The notes under the pieces are model-generated. The model saw nothing but the letters and a program-made list of their open reading frames with translations, ran no database searches and was not told where the DNA came from. A program made the translations under genes and the position numbers. Below are positions 46,165 to 59,855 of a stretch of 64,000 bases of DNA, in pieces (positions within the stretch are counted from its first letter, which is position 1; each line of letters opens with the position of its first letter). Source of the stretch: Escherichia coli (GTDB lineage: Bacteria > Pseudomonadota > Gammaproteobacteria > Enterobacterales > Enterobacteriaceae); the NCBI RefSeq assembly GCF_036507355.1, contig NZ_AP027877.1. The stretch is one strand, 5' to 3'.

Positions 46165-46310
46165 AGCATGGGGCTGTAACGGTAAAGCCCTCACCGAAGC
46201 GAGGGCTTGAAGGAGAAGGGTTATGATGCGACTTGTCATCATACTGATTGTACTGTTACTCATAAGTTTCCCAGCTTATTAACAGTCAGTCTCAGGGGAG
46301 GAGTAATCCT
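46165..46310 (-). ncRNA. sibC: SibC-type antisense sRNA (antitoxin of ibsC); boundaries approximate
   Basis: The ibsC toxin ORF lies in the serA-ygfA intergenic region where Sib antisense RNAs are known; the RNA itself is inferred from that context, ends not determinable here. Confidence 0.45.
46223..46282 (+). CDS. ibsC: type I toxin IbsC (19-aa hydrophobic peptide)
   Basis: ATG 46223 to TAA 46280-46282 encodes MMRLVIILIVLLLISFPAY; I recall the K-12 peptide with SAY rather than PAY at the end. Confidence 0.7.
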   Translation: MMRLVIILIVLLLISFPAY

Positions 46311-46382
46311 CCCTTACCCTTACTCACTAAATTAGGTTAAAGAATCAACGATGTCAATCAGGGCGATGCAGGTGTGTCGCCC

Positions 46383-46931
46383 TTACCACTCCCAGACTTT
46401 CGACGGTGTAACCACCGCAGGAAGAGGGATATCCCACTCTTCAACGGGAAGTTTTTCCACTAACTGACAATCATGCGCATAACCCACCGGTTGCATTTTA
46501 TAGTGCTGCCAGTTTTGTAAAGTCCGATCATAAAAACCACCGCCCATTCCCAGGCGCTGGCCGTACTCATCAAAGGCGACCAGCGGTGTGATCAACACGT
46601 CTAATCGGGAAAGGGGTAGCACGTCACGCACATCCAATTTTGGCTCATGGATCTTCAACCTGTTCATCACCAGTTCGCTTTGCGGATGGTAATTCAGGAA
46701 CAGCAAATTACCGGCACTAAAGGGATGCAAAACTGGAAGATATACGCGCTTACCGGCGCGCCAGAGTTGTTCTATAAGCGGCTGGGTGTCGAGTTCTCCA
46801 TCAAAAGAGAGGAATACAGCGACCGTATGTGCCATCACCACCGGGGGATAAGTCATCATCCGGGTAGCGGCTTGTTGACCCATTTCCTGCTGTTGTTCCG
46901 GCGTTAACGCACGACGACGTTGCCGAATCAT
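46383..46931 (-). CDS. ygfA: 5-formyltetrahydrofolate cyclo-ligase
   Basis: ORF 46383-47129; 182-aa product from ATG 46931 (MIRQRRRALTPEQQQEMGQQAATRMMTYPPVVMAHTVAVFLSFDG...); an alternative in-frame ATG at 46985 (MTHLPELSL...) lies 19 nt past the 6S RNA 3' end. Confidence 0.85.
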   Translation of the reverse strand: MIRQRRRALTPEQQQEMGQQAATRMMTYPPVVMAHTVAVFLSFDGELDTQPLIEQLWRAGKRVYLPVLHPFSAGNLLFLNYHPQSELVMNRLKIHEPKLDVRDVLPLSRLDVLITPLVAFDEYGQRLGMGGGFYDRTLQNWQHYKMQPVGYAHDCQLVEKLPVEEWDIPLPAVVTPSKVWEW

Positions 46932-47003
46932 TTTGCGGATTTCTTGTCGGGATAATGTCAGTGAGAGTTCTGGTAGATGCGTCATGGCTGGTGCCAGATA
47001 AGA

Positions 47004-47189
47004 AGGGAATCTCCGAGATGCCGCCGCAGGCTGTAACCCTTGAACCCTTGGTTCAAGGTGAATGTGTCGTCGCAGTTTTAAGGCTTCTCGGACGGACCGA
47101 GCATGCTCACCAACCGCGGAGCGCCACATTCTTGTGGTATGAAATATCGGCTCAGGGGACTGGCCCGCTTGCGAACACCTCAGAGAAAT
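47004..47189 (-). ncRNA. ssrS: 6S RNA
   Basis: Reverse complement reads ATTTCTCTGAGGTGTTCGCAAGCGGGCCAGTCCCCTGAGCCGATATTTCATACCACAAGAATGTGGCGCTCCGCGGTTGGTGAGCATGC...GGCATCTCGGAGATTCCCT, the 6S RNA sequence; lies between zapA and ygfA as in E. coli. Confidence 0.9.
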
Positions 47190-47230
47190 TTTGTCTTCAC
47201 GGTTACTCTACCACAGTAAACCGAAAAGTG

Positions 47231-47626
<396 letters not shown>

Positions 47627-47727
47627 CTATAGCTACCCTGATGAGAAGAGACAAGCCCTTTTCTGGTCCACCAGGGCCCAAAGTGGTAGCATATCATGAA
47701 TATTCCTCCCTTTGACGACGAATGCTT

Positions 47728-48306
47728 ATGTCTATACAGAACGAAATGCCTGGTTACAACGAAATGAACCAGTATCTGAACCAACAAGGGACGGGTCTGA
47801 CCCCTGCTGAGATGCATGGTTTAATCAGTGGGATGATATGTGGCGGTAACGATGACAGCTCATGGCTGCCGCTACTTCACGACCTGACGAACGAAGGCAT
47901 GGCTTTCGGTCATGAGCTGGCACAGGCACTGCGTAAAATGCACTCTGCCACCAGCGATGCCCTGCAGGATGACGGCTTCCTTTTTCAGCTTTATCTGCCT
48001 GATGGCGATGATGTCAGCGTTTTCGATAGGGCTGATGCGCTGGCAGGTTGGGTCAATCACTTCCTGCTTGGTCTTGGCGTTACGCAACCGAAGCTGGACA
48101 AAGTGACCGGAGAAACCGGTGAAGCTATCGACGATCTGCGTAACATCGCGCAGCTGGGCTACGACGAAGACGAAGATCAGGAAGAGCTTGAAATGTCGCT
48201 TGAAGAGATCATCGAATACGTTCGTGTTGCCGCGCTGTTATGCCACGACACCTTTACTCATCCGCAACCGACCGCGCCAGAAGTACAAAAACCGACTCTA
48301 CACTAA
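47728..48306 (+). CDS. ygfB: UPF0149 family protein YgfB
   Basis: ORF 47722-48306; ATG 47728 gives the 192-aa product [49 protein letters not shown]... Confidence 0.88.
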
Positions 48307-48331
48307 AAACAAAAAACGTAAGGAGAGTGTT

Positions 48332-49657
48332 ATGAGTGAGATATCCCGGCAAGAGTTTCAGCGTCGCCGTCAGGCCCTGGTGGAGCAAATGCAACCCGGC
48401 AGCGCCGCGCTGATTTTTGCTGCACCAGAAGTAACACGTAGCGCCGACAGCGAATACCCCTATCGTCAGAACAGTGACTTCTGGTACTTCACCGGCTTTA
48501 ACGAACCGGAAGCGGTGCTGGTGCTGATTAAAAGCGATGACACTCATAACCACAGCGTTCTGTTTAACCGCGTTCGCGACCTGACGGCGGAGATCTGGTT
48601 TGGCCGTCGTTTAGGTCAGGATGCCGCGCCAGAGAAACTGGGCGTTGACCGCGCACTGGCATTCAGCGAAATTAATCAGCAACTTTATCAACTACTTAAT
48701 GGTCTGGATGTGGTTTACCACGCCCAGGGCGAATATGCATATGCTGATGAAATCGTGAACAGCGCGCTTGAGAAACTGCGTAAAGGTTCGCGGCAAAATC
48801 TCACCGCGCCGGCAACGATGATCGACTGGCGTCCCATTGTTCATGAAATGCGCCTGTTCAAATCACCAGAAGAGATTGCCGTACTTCGCCGCGCGGGGGA
48901 AATCACCGCCCTGGCGCATACCCGGGCGATGGAAAAATGCCGTCCTGGGATGTTCGAGTACCATCTGGAAGGCGAAATTCACCACGAATTTAACCGCCAC
49001 GGCGCGCGCTATCCTTCCTATAACACCATTGTCGGCAGCGGTGAAAACGGCTGCATTCTGCATTACACCGAAAACGAGTGTGAACTGCGCGACGGCGATC
49101 TGGTGTTGATTGACGCGGGTTGCGAATACAAAGGTTACGCTGGCGATATTACCCGCACCTTCCCGGTCAACGGCAAATTCACTCAGGCTCAGCGTGAAAT
49201 CTACGACATTGTGCTGGAGTCTCTCGAAACTAGCCTGCGCCTGTATCGTCCGGGAACTTCCATTCAGGAAGTCACCGGTGAAGTGGTGCGCATCATGGTT
49301 AGCGGCCTGGTAAAACTCGGCATCCTGAAAGGTGATGTTGATGAACTGATCGCTCAGAACGCCCATCGTCCTTTCTTTATGCATGGCCTTAGCCACTGGT
49401 TAGGACTGGATGTCCATGACGTTGGCGTTTATGGCCAGGATCGCTCGCGCATTCTGGAACCGGGCATGGTACTGACCGTAGAGCCAGGGCTGTATATTGC
49501 GCCGGATGCAGAAGTGCCAGAACAATATCGCGGTATCGGCATTCGTATTGAAGACGACATTGTGATTACCGAAACCGGTAACGAAAACCTCACCGCCAGC
49601 GTGGTGAAAAAGCCGGAAGAAATCGAAGCGTTGATGGCAGCTGCGAGAAAGCAATGA
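48332..49657 (+). CDS. pepP: Xaa-Pro aminopeptidase
   Basis: ORF 48119-49657; start at ATG 48332 gives the 441-aa product MSEISRQEFQRRRQALVEQMQPGSAALIFAAPEVTRSADSEYPYRQNSDFWYF... Confidence 0.95.
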   Translation: MSEISRQEFQRRRQALVEQMQPGSAALIFAAPEVTRSADSEYPYRQNSDFWYFTGFNEPEAVLVLIKSDDTHNHSVLFNRVRDLTAEIWFGRRLGQDAAPEKLGVDRALAFSEINQQLYQLLNGLDVVYHAQGEYAYADEIVNSALEKLRKGSRQNLTAPATMIDWRPIVHEMRLFKSPEEIAVLRRAGEITALAHTRAMEKCRPGMFEYHLEGEIHHEFNRHGARYPSYNTIVGSGENGCILHYTENECELRDGDLVLIDAGCEYKGYAGDITRTFPVNGKFTQAQREIYDIVLESLETSLRLYRPGTSIQEVTGEVVRIMVSGLVKLGILKGDVDELIAQNAHRPFFMHGLSHWLGLDVHDVGVYGQDRSRILEPGMVLTVEPGLYIAPDAEVPEQYRGIGIRIEDDIVITETGNENLTASVVKKPEEIEALMAAARKQ

Positions 49658-50832
49658 GCGTAATCATCGTCGGTGGCGGCATGGCGGGCGCGACGCTGGC
49701 GCTGGCTATTTCCCGGTTAAGTCACGGGGCGCTGCCGGTACATTTGATTGAAGCGACCGCGCCAGAGTCACATGCTCATCCGGGCTTTGATGGGCGAGCG
49801 ATTGCGCTGGCGGCGGGTACCTGTCAGCAACTGGCGCGCATTGGCGTCTGGCAATCTCTGGCGGATTGCGCAACCGCCATCACTACCGTGCATGTCAGCG
49901 ATCGTGGTCATGCCGGATTCGTCACCCTCGCCGCAGAAGATTACCAACTGGCGGCGCTGGGGCAGGTTGTCGAATTGCACAATGTCGGGCAACGGCTGTT
50001 TGCATTGCTGCGCAAAGCACCTGGCGTAACGCTGCATTGCCCGGATCGCGTGGCTAACGTTGCCCGTACTCAGAGTCATGTTGAAGTGACGCTGCAGTGT
50101 GGCGAGACGCTGACGGGCCGCGTGCTGGTAGCCGCTGATGGCACCCATTCAGCGTTAGCCACTGTGTGCGGCGTTGACTGGCAGCAGGAGCCTTACGAAC
50201 AACTGGCTGTGATTGCCAACGTTGCGACTTCCGTTGCGCATGAAGGGCGCGCTTTTGAACGCTTTACGCAACATGGCCCGCTGGCGATGTTGCCGATGTC
50301 TGACGGACGCTGTTCGCTGGTCTGGTGTCATCCACTGGAACGGCGCGAAGAGGTGCTGTCGTGGAGCGACGAGAAGTTTTGCCGTGAACTCCAGTCGGCC
50401 TTTGGCTGGCGACTTGGGAAAATTACCCACGCTGGTAAACGCAGTGCTTATCCGCTGGCGTTAACCCACGCCGCCAGATCTATTACCCATCGTACCGTGC
50501 TGGTGGGCAATGCGGCGCAAACCCTGCACCCGATTGCCGGGCAAGGGTTCAACCTCGGTATGCGAGATGTCATGAGTCTTGCGGAAACCCTGACTCAGGC
50601 GCAGGAGCGCGGAGAAGACATGGGTGATTACGGCGTATTGTGTCGTTATCAGCAGCGTCGACAGAGCGATCGCGAAGCAACCATTGGCGTCACGGACAGC
50701 CTTGTACATCTTTTTGCCAACCGTTGGACGCCACTGGTTGTCGGGCGCAACATCGGGCTGATGACGATGGAATTATTCACCCCGGCACGCGATGTGCTGG
50801 CGCAGCGCACCCTCGGTTGGGTGGCGCGTTGA
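49654..50832 (+). CDS. ubiH: 2-octaprenyl-6-methoxyphenol hydroxylase (FAD monooxygenase)
   Basis: 392-aa ORF MSVIIVGGGMAGATLALAISRLSHGALPVHLIEATAPESHAHPGFDGRAIALA...; ATGA overlap with the pepP stop. Confidence 0.94.
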   Translation: MSVIIVGGGMAGATLALAISRLSHGALPVHLIEATAPESHAHPGFDGRAIALAAGTCQQLARIGVWQSLADCATAITTVHVSDRGHAGFVTLAAEDYQLAALGQVVELHNVGQRLFALLRKAPGVTLHCPDRVANVARTQSHVEVTLQCGETLTGRVLVAADGTHSALATVCGVDWQQEPYEQLAVIANVATSVAHEGRAFERFTQHGPLAMLPMSDGRCSLVWCHPLERREEVLSWSDEKFCRELQSAFGWRLGKITHAGKRSAYPLALTHAARSITHRTVLVGNAAQTLHPIAGQGFNLGMRDVMSLAETLTQAQERGEDMGDYGVLCRYQQRRQSDREATIGVTDSLVHLFANRWTPLVVGRNIGLMTMELFTPARDVLAQRTLGWVAR

Positions 50833-50854
50833 AGGCGGTTTTAAGGAATAAACA

Positions 50855-52057
50855 ATGCAAAGTGTTGATGTAGCCATTGTTGGCGGCGGCATGGTGGGGC
50901 TGGCGGTTGCCTGCGGCTTACAGGGGAGCGGCTTACGCGTTGCCGTACTGGAGCAGCGCGTACCGGAACCTCTGGCGGTGGATGCACCACCACAACTGCG
51001 CGTTTCGGCTATCAATGCCGCCAGCGAAAAATTACTCACCCGTCTTGGCGTCTGGCAAGACATTCTCTCTCGTAGGGCCAGTTGCTATCACGGTATGGAA
51101 GTGTGGGACAAAGACAGTTTTGGTCACATTTCGTTTGACGATCAAAGCATGGGCTATAGCCATCTTGGGCATATCGTTGAAAACTCAGTGATTCACTACG
51201 CGCTGTGGAACAAAGCGCAGCAGTCGTCAGATATCACTCTGTTGGCCCCCGCAGAATTACAGCAGGTCGCCTGGGGAGAAAACGAAACCTTCCTGACGCT
51301 GAAAGATGGCAGTATGTTAACGGCGCGTCTGGTGATTGGCGCGGACGGCGCTAATTCCTGGTTGCGCAACAAAGCCGATATTCCGCTGACTTTCTGGGAT
51401 TATCAGCATCACGCGCTGGTAGCGACCATACGCACGGAAGAACCGCATGATGCGGTGGCGCGGCAGGTTTTCCATGGCGAAGGCATTCTGGCCTTTTTAC
51501 CGCTTAGCGATCCGCATCTTTGCTCGATTGTCTGGTCACTGTCGCCAGAGGAAGCGCAGCGGATGCAGCAGGCAAGTGAAGACGAATTTAATCGCGCGTT
51601 AAATATCGCTTTTGATAATCGCCTGGGCTTATGCAAGGTTGAGAGCGAGCGTCAGGTGTTCCCGCTGACGGGGCGTTATGCGCGCCAGTTTGCCGCACAT
51701 CGTCTGGCGCTGGTGGGCGACGCCGCGCATACCATTCACCCACTGGCGGGGCAGGGAGTTAATCTCGGCTTTATGGACGCCGCAGAGCTGATTGCTGAAC
51801 TGAAACGGTTGCATCGTCAGGGTAAAGACATCGGGCAGTACATTTACCTGCGCCGCTATGAACGTAGCCGCAAGCACAGCGCGGCGCTGATGCTGGCTGG
51901 TATGCAGGGATTCCGCGATCTGTTTTCCGGTACCAATCCGGCGAAAAAACTGCTGCGTGATATTGGTTTGAAACTGGCCGACACGCTTCCTGGCGTTAAG
52001 CCACAACTTATCCGTCAGGCAATGGGATTAAACGATTTGCCTGAATGGCTGCGTTAA
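50855..52057 (+). CDS. ubiI: 2-octaprenylphenol hydroxylase UbiI (VisC)
   Basis: 400-aa ORF MQSVDVAIVGGGMVGLAVACGLQGSGLRVAVLEQRVPEPLAVDAPPQLRVSAINAASE... Confidence 0.94.
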   Translation: MQSVDVAIVGGGMVGLAVACGLQGSGLRVAVLEQRVPEPLAVDAPPQLRVSAINAASEKLLTRLGVWQDILSRRASCYHGMEVWDKDSFGHISFDDQSMGYSHLGHIVENSVIHYALWNKAQQSSDITLLAPAELQQVAWGENETFLTLKDGSMLTARLVIGADGANSWLRNKADIPLTFWDYQHHALVATIRTEEPHDAVARQVFHGEGILAFLPLSDPHLCSIVWSLSPEEAQRMQQASEDEFNRALNIAFDNRLGLCKVESERQVFPLTGRYARQFAAHRLALVGDAAHTIHPLAGQGVNLGFMDAAELIAELKRLHRQGKDIGQYIYLRRYERSRKHSAALMLAGMQGFRDLFSGTNPAKKLLRDIGLKLADTLPGVKPQLIRQAMGLNDLPEWLR

Positions 52058-52504
52058 AAATTTCTCCTCTGTTGTTTATTTGATACCCATCACACTTTCA
52101 TCTCCCGGTTTTTTCGCCGGGAGATTTTCCTCATTTGAAATAAACTAATTTCACCTCCGTTTTCGCATTATATTTTCTAATGCCATGATTTTTTGATTTA
52201 GTGTTTTTTGACATTTTTTTAGCTCTTAATATTGTCTTATTCAAATTGACTTTCTCATCACATCATCTTTGTATAGAAACTGGTGTATTTTTTGGTTTTT
52301 TATTCTGTCGCGATTTTTGCATTTTTTAACCATAAGCTAATGTGATGATCAATTTTACCTTATGGTTAACAGTCTGTTTCGGTGGTAAGTTCAGGCAAAA
52401 GAGAACGATTGCGTTGGGGACCGGGAGTGGCTCCGATGCTGGGTTTTGTGGTGATAATTTCACCATGAAAAAGTTGTCAGCCCCGCTTATTCAATGAGGA
52501 CAAG
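52058..52504 (+). promoter_or_regulatory. gcvTHP promoter/leader region (AT-rich)
   Basis: 447-bp AT-rich untranslated region upstream of gcvT with long T/A tracts; in E. coli this region carries the gcv promoter and regulator binding sites; individual sites not resolved here. Confidence 0.5.
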
Positions 52505-53599
52505 ATGGCACAACAGACTCCTTTGTACGAACAACACACGCTTTGCGGCGCTCGCATGGTGGATTTCCACGGCTGGATGATGCCGCTGCATTACGGTTCG
52601 CAAATCGACGAACATCATGCGGTACGTACCGATGCCGGAATGTTTGATGTGTCGCATATGACCATCGTCGATCTCCGCGGCAGCCGCACCCGGGAGTTTC
52701 TGCGTTATCTGCTGGCGAACGATGTGGCGAAGCTCACCAAAAGCGGCAAAGCCCTTTACTCGGGGATGTTGAATGCCTCTGGCGGTGTGATAGATGATCT
52801 CATCGTCTACTACTTTACTGAAGATTTCTTCCGCCTCGTTGTTAACTCCGCCACCCGCGAAAAAGACCTCTCCTGGATTACCCAACACGCTGAACCTTTC
52901 GGCATCGAAATTACCGTTCGCGATGACCTTTCCATGATTGCCGTGCAAGGGCCGAATGCGCAGGCAAAAGCTGCCACACTGTTTAATGACGCCCAGCGTC
53001 AGGCGGTGGAAGGGATGAAACCGTTCTTTGGCGTGCAGGCGGGGGATCTGTTTATTGCCACCACTGGTTATACCGGTGAAGCGGGCTACGAAATTGCGCT
53101 GCCCAATGAAAAAGCGGCGGATTTCTGGCGCGCGCTGGTGGAAGCGGGCGTTAAGCCATGCGGCCTGGGCGCGCGTGACACGCTGCGTCTGGAAGCTGGC
53201 ATGAATTTGTATAGTCAGGAGATGGACGAAACCATCTCTCCTTTAGCCGCCAATATGGGCTGGACTATCGCCTGGGAACCGGCAGATCGTGACTTTATCG
53301 GTCGTGAAGCTCTGGAAGCGCAGCGTGAACATGGCACAGAAAAACTGGTTGGTCTGGTGATGACCGAAAAAGGCGTGCTGCGTAATGAACTGCCGGTACG
53401 TTTTACCGATGCGCAGGGCAACCAGCATGAAGGCATTATCACCAGCGGGACTTTCTCCCCGACGCTGGGTTACAGCATTGCGCTGGCGCGCGTGCCGGAA
53501 GGTATTGGTGAAACAGCGATTGTGCAAATTCGCAACCGTGAAATGCCGGTTAAAGTGACGAAACCTGTTTTTGTGCGTAACGGCAAAGCCGTCGCGTGA
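52505..53599 (+). CDS. gcvT: glycine cleavage system T protein (aminomethyltransferase)
   Basis: 364-aa [58 protein letters not shown]... Confidence 0.96.
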
Positions 53600-53622
53600 T
53601 TTACTTTTTTGGAGATTGATTG

Positions 53623-54012
53623 ATGAGCAACGTACCAGCAGAACTGAAATACAGCAAAGAACACGAATGGCTGCGTAAAGAAGCCGACGGCACTTATACC
53701 GTTGGCATCACCGAACACGCTCAGGAGTTGTTGGGCGATATGGTGTTTGTTGACCTGCCGGAAGTGGGCGCGACGGTTAGCGCGGGCGATGACTGCGCGG
53801 TTGCCGAATCGGTAAAAGCGGCGTCAGACATTTATGCGCCAGTAAGCGGTGAAATCGTGGCGGTAAACGACGTACTGAGCGATTCCCCGGAACTGGTGAA
53901 CAGCGAACCGTATGCAGGCGGCTGGATTTTCAAAATCAAAGCCAGCGATGAAAGCGAACTGGAATCACTGCTGGATGCGACCGCATACGAAGCATTGTTA
54001 GAAGACGAGTAA
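53623..54012 (+). CDS. gcvH: glycine cleavage system H protein (lipoyl carrier)
   Basis: ORF 53620-54012; ATG 53623 gives the 129-aa product [49 protein letters not shown]... Confidence 0.95.
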   Translation: MSNVPAELKYSKEHEWLRKEADGTYTVGITEHAQELLGDMVFVDLPEVGATVSAGDDCAVAESVKAASDIYAPVSGEIVAVNDVLSDSPELVNSEPYAGGWIFKIKASDESELESLLDATAYEALLEDE

Positions 54013-54129
54013 CGGCTTTATTCCTCTTCTGCGGGAGAGGATCAGGGTGAGGAAATTTACGCCTCACCCTCACTCTCTTCGTAAGGAGAGAGGTTCACAA
54101 TTCACTGCACGTTTCAGGAACCATCGCTC

Positions 54130-57003
54130 ATGACACAGACGTTAAGCCAGCTTGAAAATAGCGGCGCTTTTATTGAACGCCATATCGGACCGGACGCCGC
54201 GCAACAGCAAGAAATGCTGAATGCCGTTGGCGCGCAATCGTTAAACGCGCTGACCGGCCAGATTGTACCGAAAGATATTCAGCTTGCGACCCCGCCGCAG
54301 GTTGGCGCACCGGCGACCGAATACGCCGCGCTGGCGGAACTCAAGGCTATTGCCAGTCGCAATAAACGCTTCACGTCTTACATCGGCATGGGTTACACCG
54401 CCGTGCAGTTACCGCCGGTTATCCTGCGTAACATGCTGGAAAATCCGGGCTGGTATACCGCGTATACTCCGTATCAACCTGAAGTCTCGCAGGGCCGCCT
54501 TGAGGCACTGCTCAATTTCCAGCAGGTAACGCTGGATTTAACCGGGCTGGATATGGCCTCTGCTTCTCTTCTTGACGAAGCCACCGCTGCCGCCGAAGCA
54601 ATGGCGATGGCGAAACGCGTCAGCAAACTGAAAAATGCCAACCGCTTCTTCGTGGCTTCCGATGTGCATCCGCAAACGCTGGATGTGGTCCGTACTCGTG
54701 CCGAAACCTTTGGTTTTGAAGTGATTGTCGATGATGCGCAAAAAGTGCTCGACCATCAGGACGTCTTCGGCGTGCTGTTACAGCAGGTTGGCACTACCGG
54801 TGAAATTCACGACTACACTGCGCTTATCAGCGAACTGAAATCACGCAAAATTGTGGTCAGCGTTGCCGCTGATATTATGGCGCTGGTGCTGTTAACTGCG
54901 CCGGGTAAACAGGGCGCGGATATTGTTTTTGGTTCGGCGCAACGCTTTGGCGTACCGATGGGTTACGGTGGCCCACACGCGGCATTCTTTGCGGCGAAAG
55001 ACGAATACAAACGCTCAATGCCAGGCCGTATTATCGGTGTATCGAAAGATGCAGCTGGCAATACCGCGCTGCGCATGGCGATGCAGACTCGCGAGCAACA
55101 TATTCGTCGTGAGAAAGCGAACTCCAACATTTGTACTTCCCAGGTGCTGCTGGCAAACATCGCCAGCCTGTATGCCGTTTATCACGGCCCGATTGGCCTG
55201 AAACGTATCGCTAACCGCATTCACCGTCTGACCGATATCCTGGCGGCAGGCCTGCAACAAAAAGGTCTGAAGCTGCGCCATGCGCACTATTTCGACACTC
55301 TGTGTGTGGAAGTGGCCGACAAGGCGGGCGTACTGGCGCGTGCCGAAGCGGCTGAAATCAACCTGCGTAGCGATATCCTGAACGCGGTTGGGATCACCCT
55401 TGATGAAACCACCACGCGCGAAAACGTGATGCAGCTTTTCAGCGTACTACTGGGGGATAATCACGGGCTGGACATCGACACGCTGGACAAAGACGTGGCT
55501 CACGACAGCCGCTCTATCCAGCCTGCGATGCTGCGCGACGACGAAATCCTCACCCATCCGGTGTTTAATCGCTACCACAGCGAAACCGAAATGATGCGCT
55601 ATATGCACTCGCTGGAGCGTAAAGATCTGGCGCTGAATCAGGCGATGATCCCGCTGGGTTCCTGCACCATGAAACTGAACGCCGCCGCCGAGATGATCCC
55701 AATCACCTGGCCGGAATTTGCCGAACTGCATCCGTTCTGCCCGCCGGAGCAGGCCGAAGGTTATCAGCAGATGATTGCGCAGCTGGCTGACTGGCTGGTG
55801 AAACTGACCGGTTACGACGCCGTTTGTATGCAGCCGAACTCTGGCGCACAGGGCGAATACGCGGGCCTGTTGGCGATTCGTCATTATCATGAAAGCCGCA
55901 ACGAAGGGCATCGCGATATCTGCCTGATCCCGGCTTCTGCGCACGGCACTAACCCTGCTTCTGCACATATGGCAGGAATGCAGGTGGTGGTTGTGGCATG
56001 TGATAAAAACGGCAACATCGATCTGGCTGATCTGCGCGCGAAAGCGGAACAGGCGGGCGATAACCTCTCCTGTATCATGGTGACCTATCCTTCCACCCAC
56101 GGCGTGTATGAAGAAACGATCCGTGAAGTGTGTGAAGTCGTGCATCAGTTCGGCGGTCAGGTTTACCTTGATGGCGCGAACATGAACGCCCAGGTTGGCA
56201 TCACCTCGCCGGGCTTTATTGGTGCGGACGTTTCACACCTTAACCTACATAAAACTTTCTGCATTCCGCACGGCGGTGGTGGGCCGGGTATGGGACCGAT
56301 CGGTGTGAAAGCGCATCTGGCTCCGTTTGTACCGGGTCATAGCGTGGTGCAAATCGAAGGCATGTTAACCCGTCAGGGCGCGGTTTCTGCGGCACCGTTC
56401 GGTAGCGCCTCTATCCTGCCAATCAGCTGGATGTACATCCGCATGATGGGCGCAGAAGGGCTGAAAAAAGCAAGCCAGGTGGCAATCCTCAACGCCAACT
56501 ATATTGCCAGCCGCCTGCAGGATGCCTTCCCGGTGCTGTATACCGGTCGCGACGGTCGCGTGGCGCACGAATGTATTCTCGATATTCGCCCGCTGAAAGA
56601 AGAAACCGGCATCAGCGAGCTGGATATTGCCAAGCGCCTGATCGACTACGGTTTCCACGCGCCGACGATGTCGTTCCCGGTGGCGGGTACGCTGATGGTT
56701 GAACCGACTGAATCTGAAAGCAAAGTGGAACTGGATCGCTTTATCGACGCGATGCTGGCTATCCGCGCAGAAATTGACCAGGTGAAAGCCGGTGTCTGGC
56801 CGCTGGAAGATAACCCGCTGGTGAACGCGCCGCACATTCAGAGCGAACTGGTCGCCGAGTGGGCGCATCCGTACAGCCGTGAAGTTGCGGTATTCCCGGC
56901 AGGCGTGGCAGACAAATACTGGCCGACGGTGAAACGTCTGGATGATGTTTACGGCGACCGTAACCTGTTCTGCTCCTGCGTACCGATTAGCGAATACCAG
57001 TAA
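54130..57003 (+). CDS. gcvP: glycine dehydrogenase (decarboxylating), P protein
   Basis: 957-aa [55 protein letters not shown]... Confidence 0.96.
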   Translation: MTQTLSQLENSGAFIERHIGPDAAQQQEMLNAVGAQSLNALTGQIVPKDIQLATPPQVGAPATEYAALAELKAIASRNKRFTSYIGMGYTAVQLPPVILRNMLENPGWYTAYTPYQPEVSQGRLEALLNFQQVTLDLTGLDMASASLLDEATAAAEAMAMAKRVSKLKNANRFFVASDVHPQTLDVVRTRAETFGFEVIVDDAQKVLDHQDVFGVLLQQVGTTGEIHDYTALISELKSRKIVVSVAADIMALVLLTAPGKQGADIVFGSAQRFGVPMGYGGPHAAFFAAKDEYKRSMPGRIIGVSKDAAGNTALRMAMQTREQHIRREKANSNICTSQVLLANIASLYAVYHGPIGLKRIANRIHRLTDILAAGLQQKGLKLRHAHYFDTLCVEVADKAGVLARAEAAEINLRSDILNAVGITLDETTTRENVMQLFSVLLGDNHGLDIDTLDKDVAHDSRSIQPAMLRDDEILTHPVFNRYHSETEMMRYMHSLERKDLALNQAMIPLGSCTMKLNAAAEMIPITWPEFAELHPFCPPEQAEGYQQMIAQLADWLVKLTGYDAVCMQPNSGAQGEYAGLLAIRHYHESRNEGHRDICLIPASAHGTNPASAHMAGMQVVVVACDKNGNIDLADLRAKAEQAGDNLSCIMVTYPSTHGVYEETIREVCEVVHQFGGQVYLDGANMNAQVGITSPGFIGADVSHLNLHKTFCIPHGGGGPGMGPIGVKAHLAPFVPGHSVVQIEGMLTRQGAVSAAPFGSASILPISWMYIRMMGAEGLKKASQVAILNANYIASRLQDAFPVLYTGRDGRVAHECILDIRPLKEETGISELDIAKRLIDYGFHAPTMSFPVAGTLMVEPTESESKVELDRFIDAMLAIRAEIDQVKAGVWPLEDNPLVNAPHIQSELVAEWAHPYSREVAVFPAGVADKYWPTVKRLDDVYGDRNLFCSCVPISEYQ

Positions 57004-57026
57004 TTCACTGATTCGACTATCTTCTA

Positions 57027-57047
57027 AAGGCGCTTCGGCGCCTTTTT
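57027..57047 (+). terminator. rho-independent terminator of the gcvTHP operon
   Basis: Hairpin AAAGGCGCTTCGGCGCCTTT with T-run. Confidence 0.7.
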
Positions 57048-57166
57048 AGCTTGTTAATAAAGTGCGCTTTGTGTGTCGGATGAAGCGTAAATATAAAATC
57101 CTGGAGTTCAATATATGACAGGAGCGCCAGGCCTGATGAGCGGGGCGCATCAGGCACAGCGGGTAA

Positions 57167-58627
<1,461 letters not shown>

Positions 58628-58644
58628 TTACAGGAAATAGTACC

Positions 58645-58956
58645 ATGCAGCCAAACGACATCACTTTTTTTCAACGTTTCCAGGATGACATTCTGGCTGG
58701 GCGTAAAACCATCACCATCCGCGACGAGTCTGAATCGCACTTCAAAACGGGTGATGTGCTTCGTGTCGGGCGTTTTGAAGATGACGGTTATTTTTGCACG
58801 ATTGAAGTCACCGCAACCTCAACCGTAACGCTGGATACGCTGACGGAAAAACATGCAGAGCAGGAAAATATGACCCTGACTGAACTGAAAAAGGTCATTG
58901 CCGACATCTATCCCGGTCAGACACAGTTTTATGTGATTGAATTTAAATGTCTTTAA
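58645..58956 (+). CDS. yqfB: ASCH-domain protein YqfB
   Basis: 103-aa [53 protein letters not shown]... Confidence 0.9.
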   Translation: MQPNDITFFQRFQDDILAGRKTITIRDESESHFKTGDVLRVGRFEDDGYFCTIEVTATSTVTLDTLTEKHAEQENMTLTELKKVIADIYPGQTQFYVIEFKCL

Positions 58957-59116
58957 ATTGAACTCACGCCTGTTAGTTGAAATTTCGCATTTAATTTCAT
59001 GATTTTTAGGAGATTAGTCTCAAATCAGAATTTATTTTAGCTAACAGGTGTTCACTGGAACTATTCTCAGTTACGCTGGAGAGGTATACATGTGCGTGTA
59101 CGTTTCTCCGGAGTAA

Positions 59117-59779
<663 letters not shown>

Positions 59780-59789
59780 TGGGTATGCC

Positions 59790-59850
59790 TTTGTAGGCCT
59801 GATAAGACGCGCCAGCGTCGCATCAGGCGATAAATGCCTGATGCGACACA
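59790..59850. repeat. REP element between yqfA and ygfZ
   Basis: GCCTTTGTAGGCCTGATAAGACGCGCCAGCGTCGCATCAGGCGATAAATGCCTGATGCGACACAGAG contains REP consensus blocks. Confidence 0.7.
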
Positions 59851-59855
59851 GAGAT

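Noticed and set aside
52058-52504. Possible glycine riboswitch upstream of gcvT
   Set aside because: No glycine-riboswitch-like conserved cores seen (no GGAGAG...ACCGAAGG type motifs); E. coli gcv is controlled by protein regulators, so the region is called a promoter/leader only.
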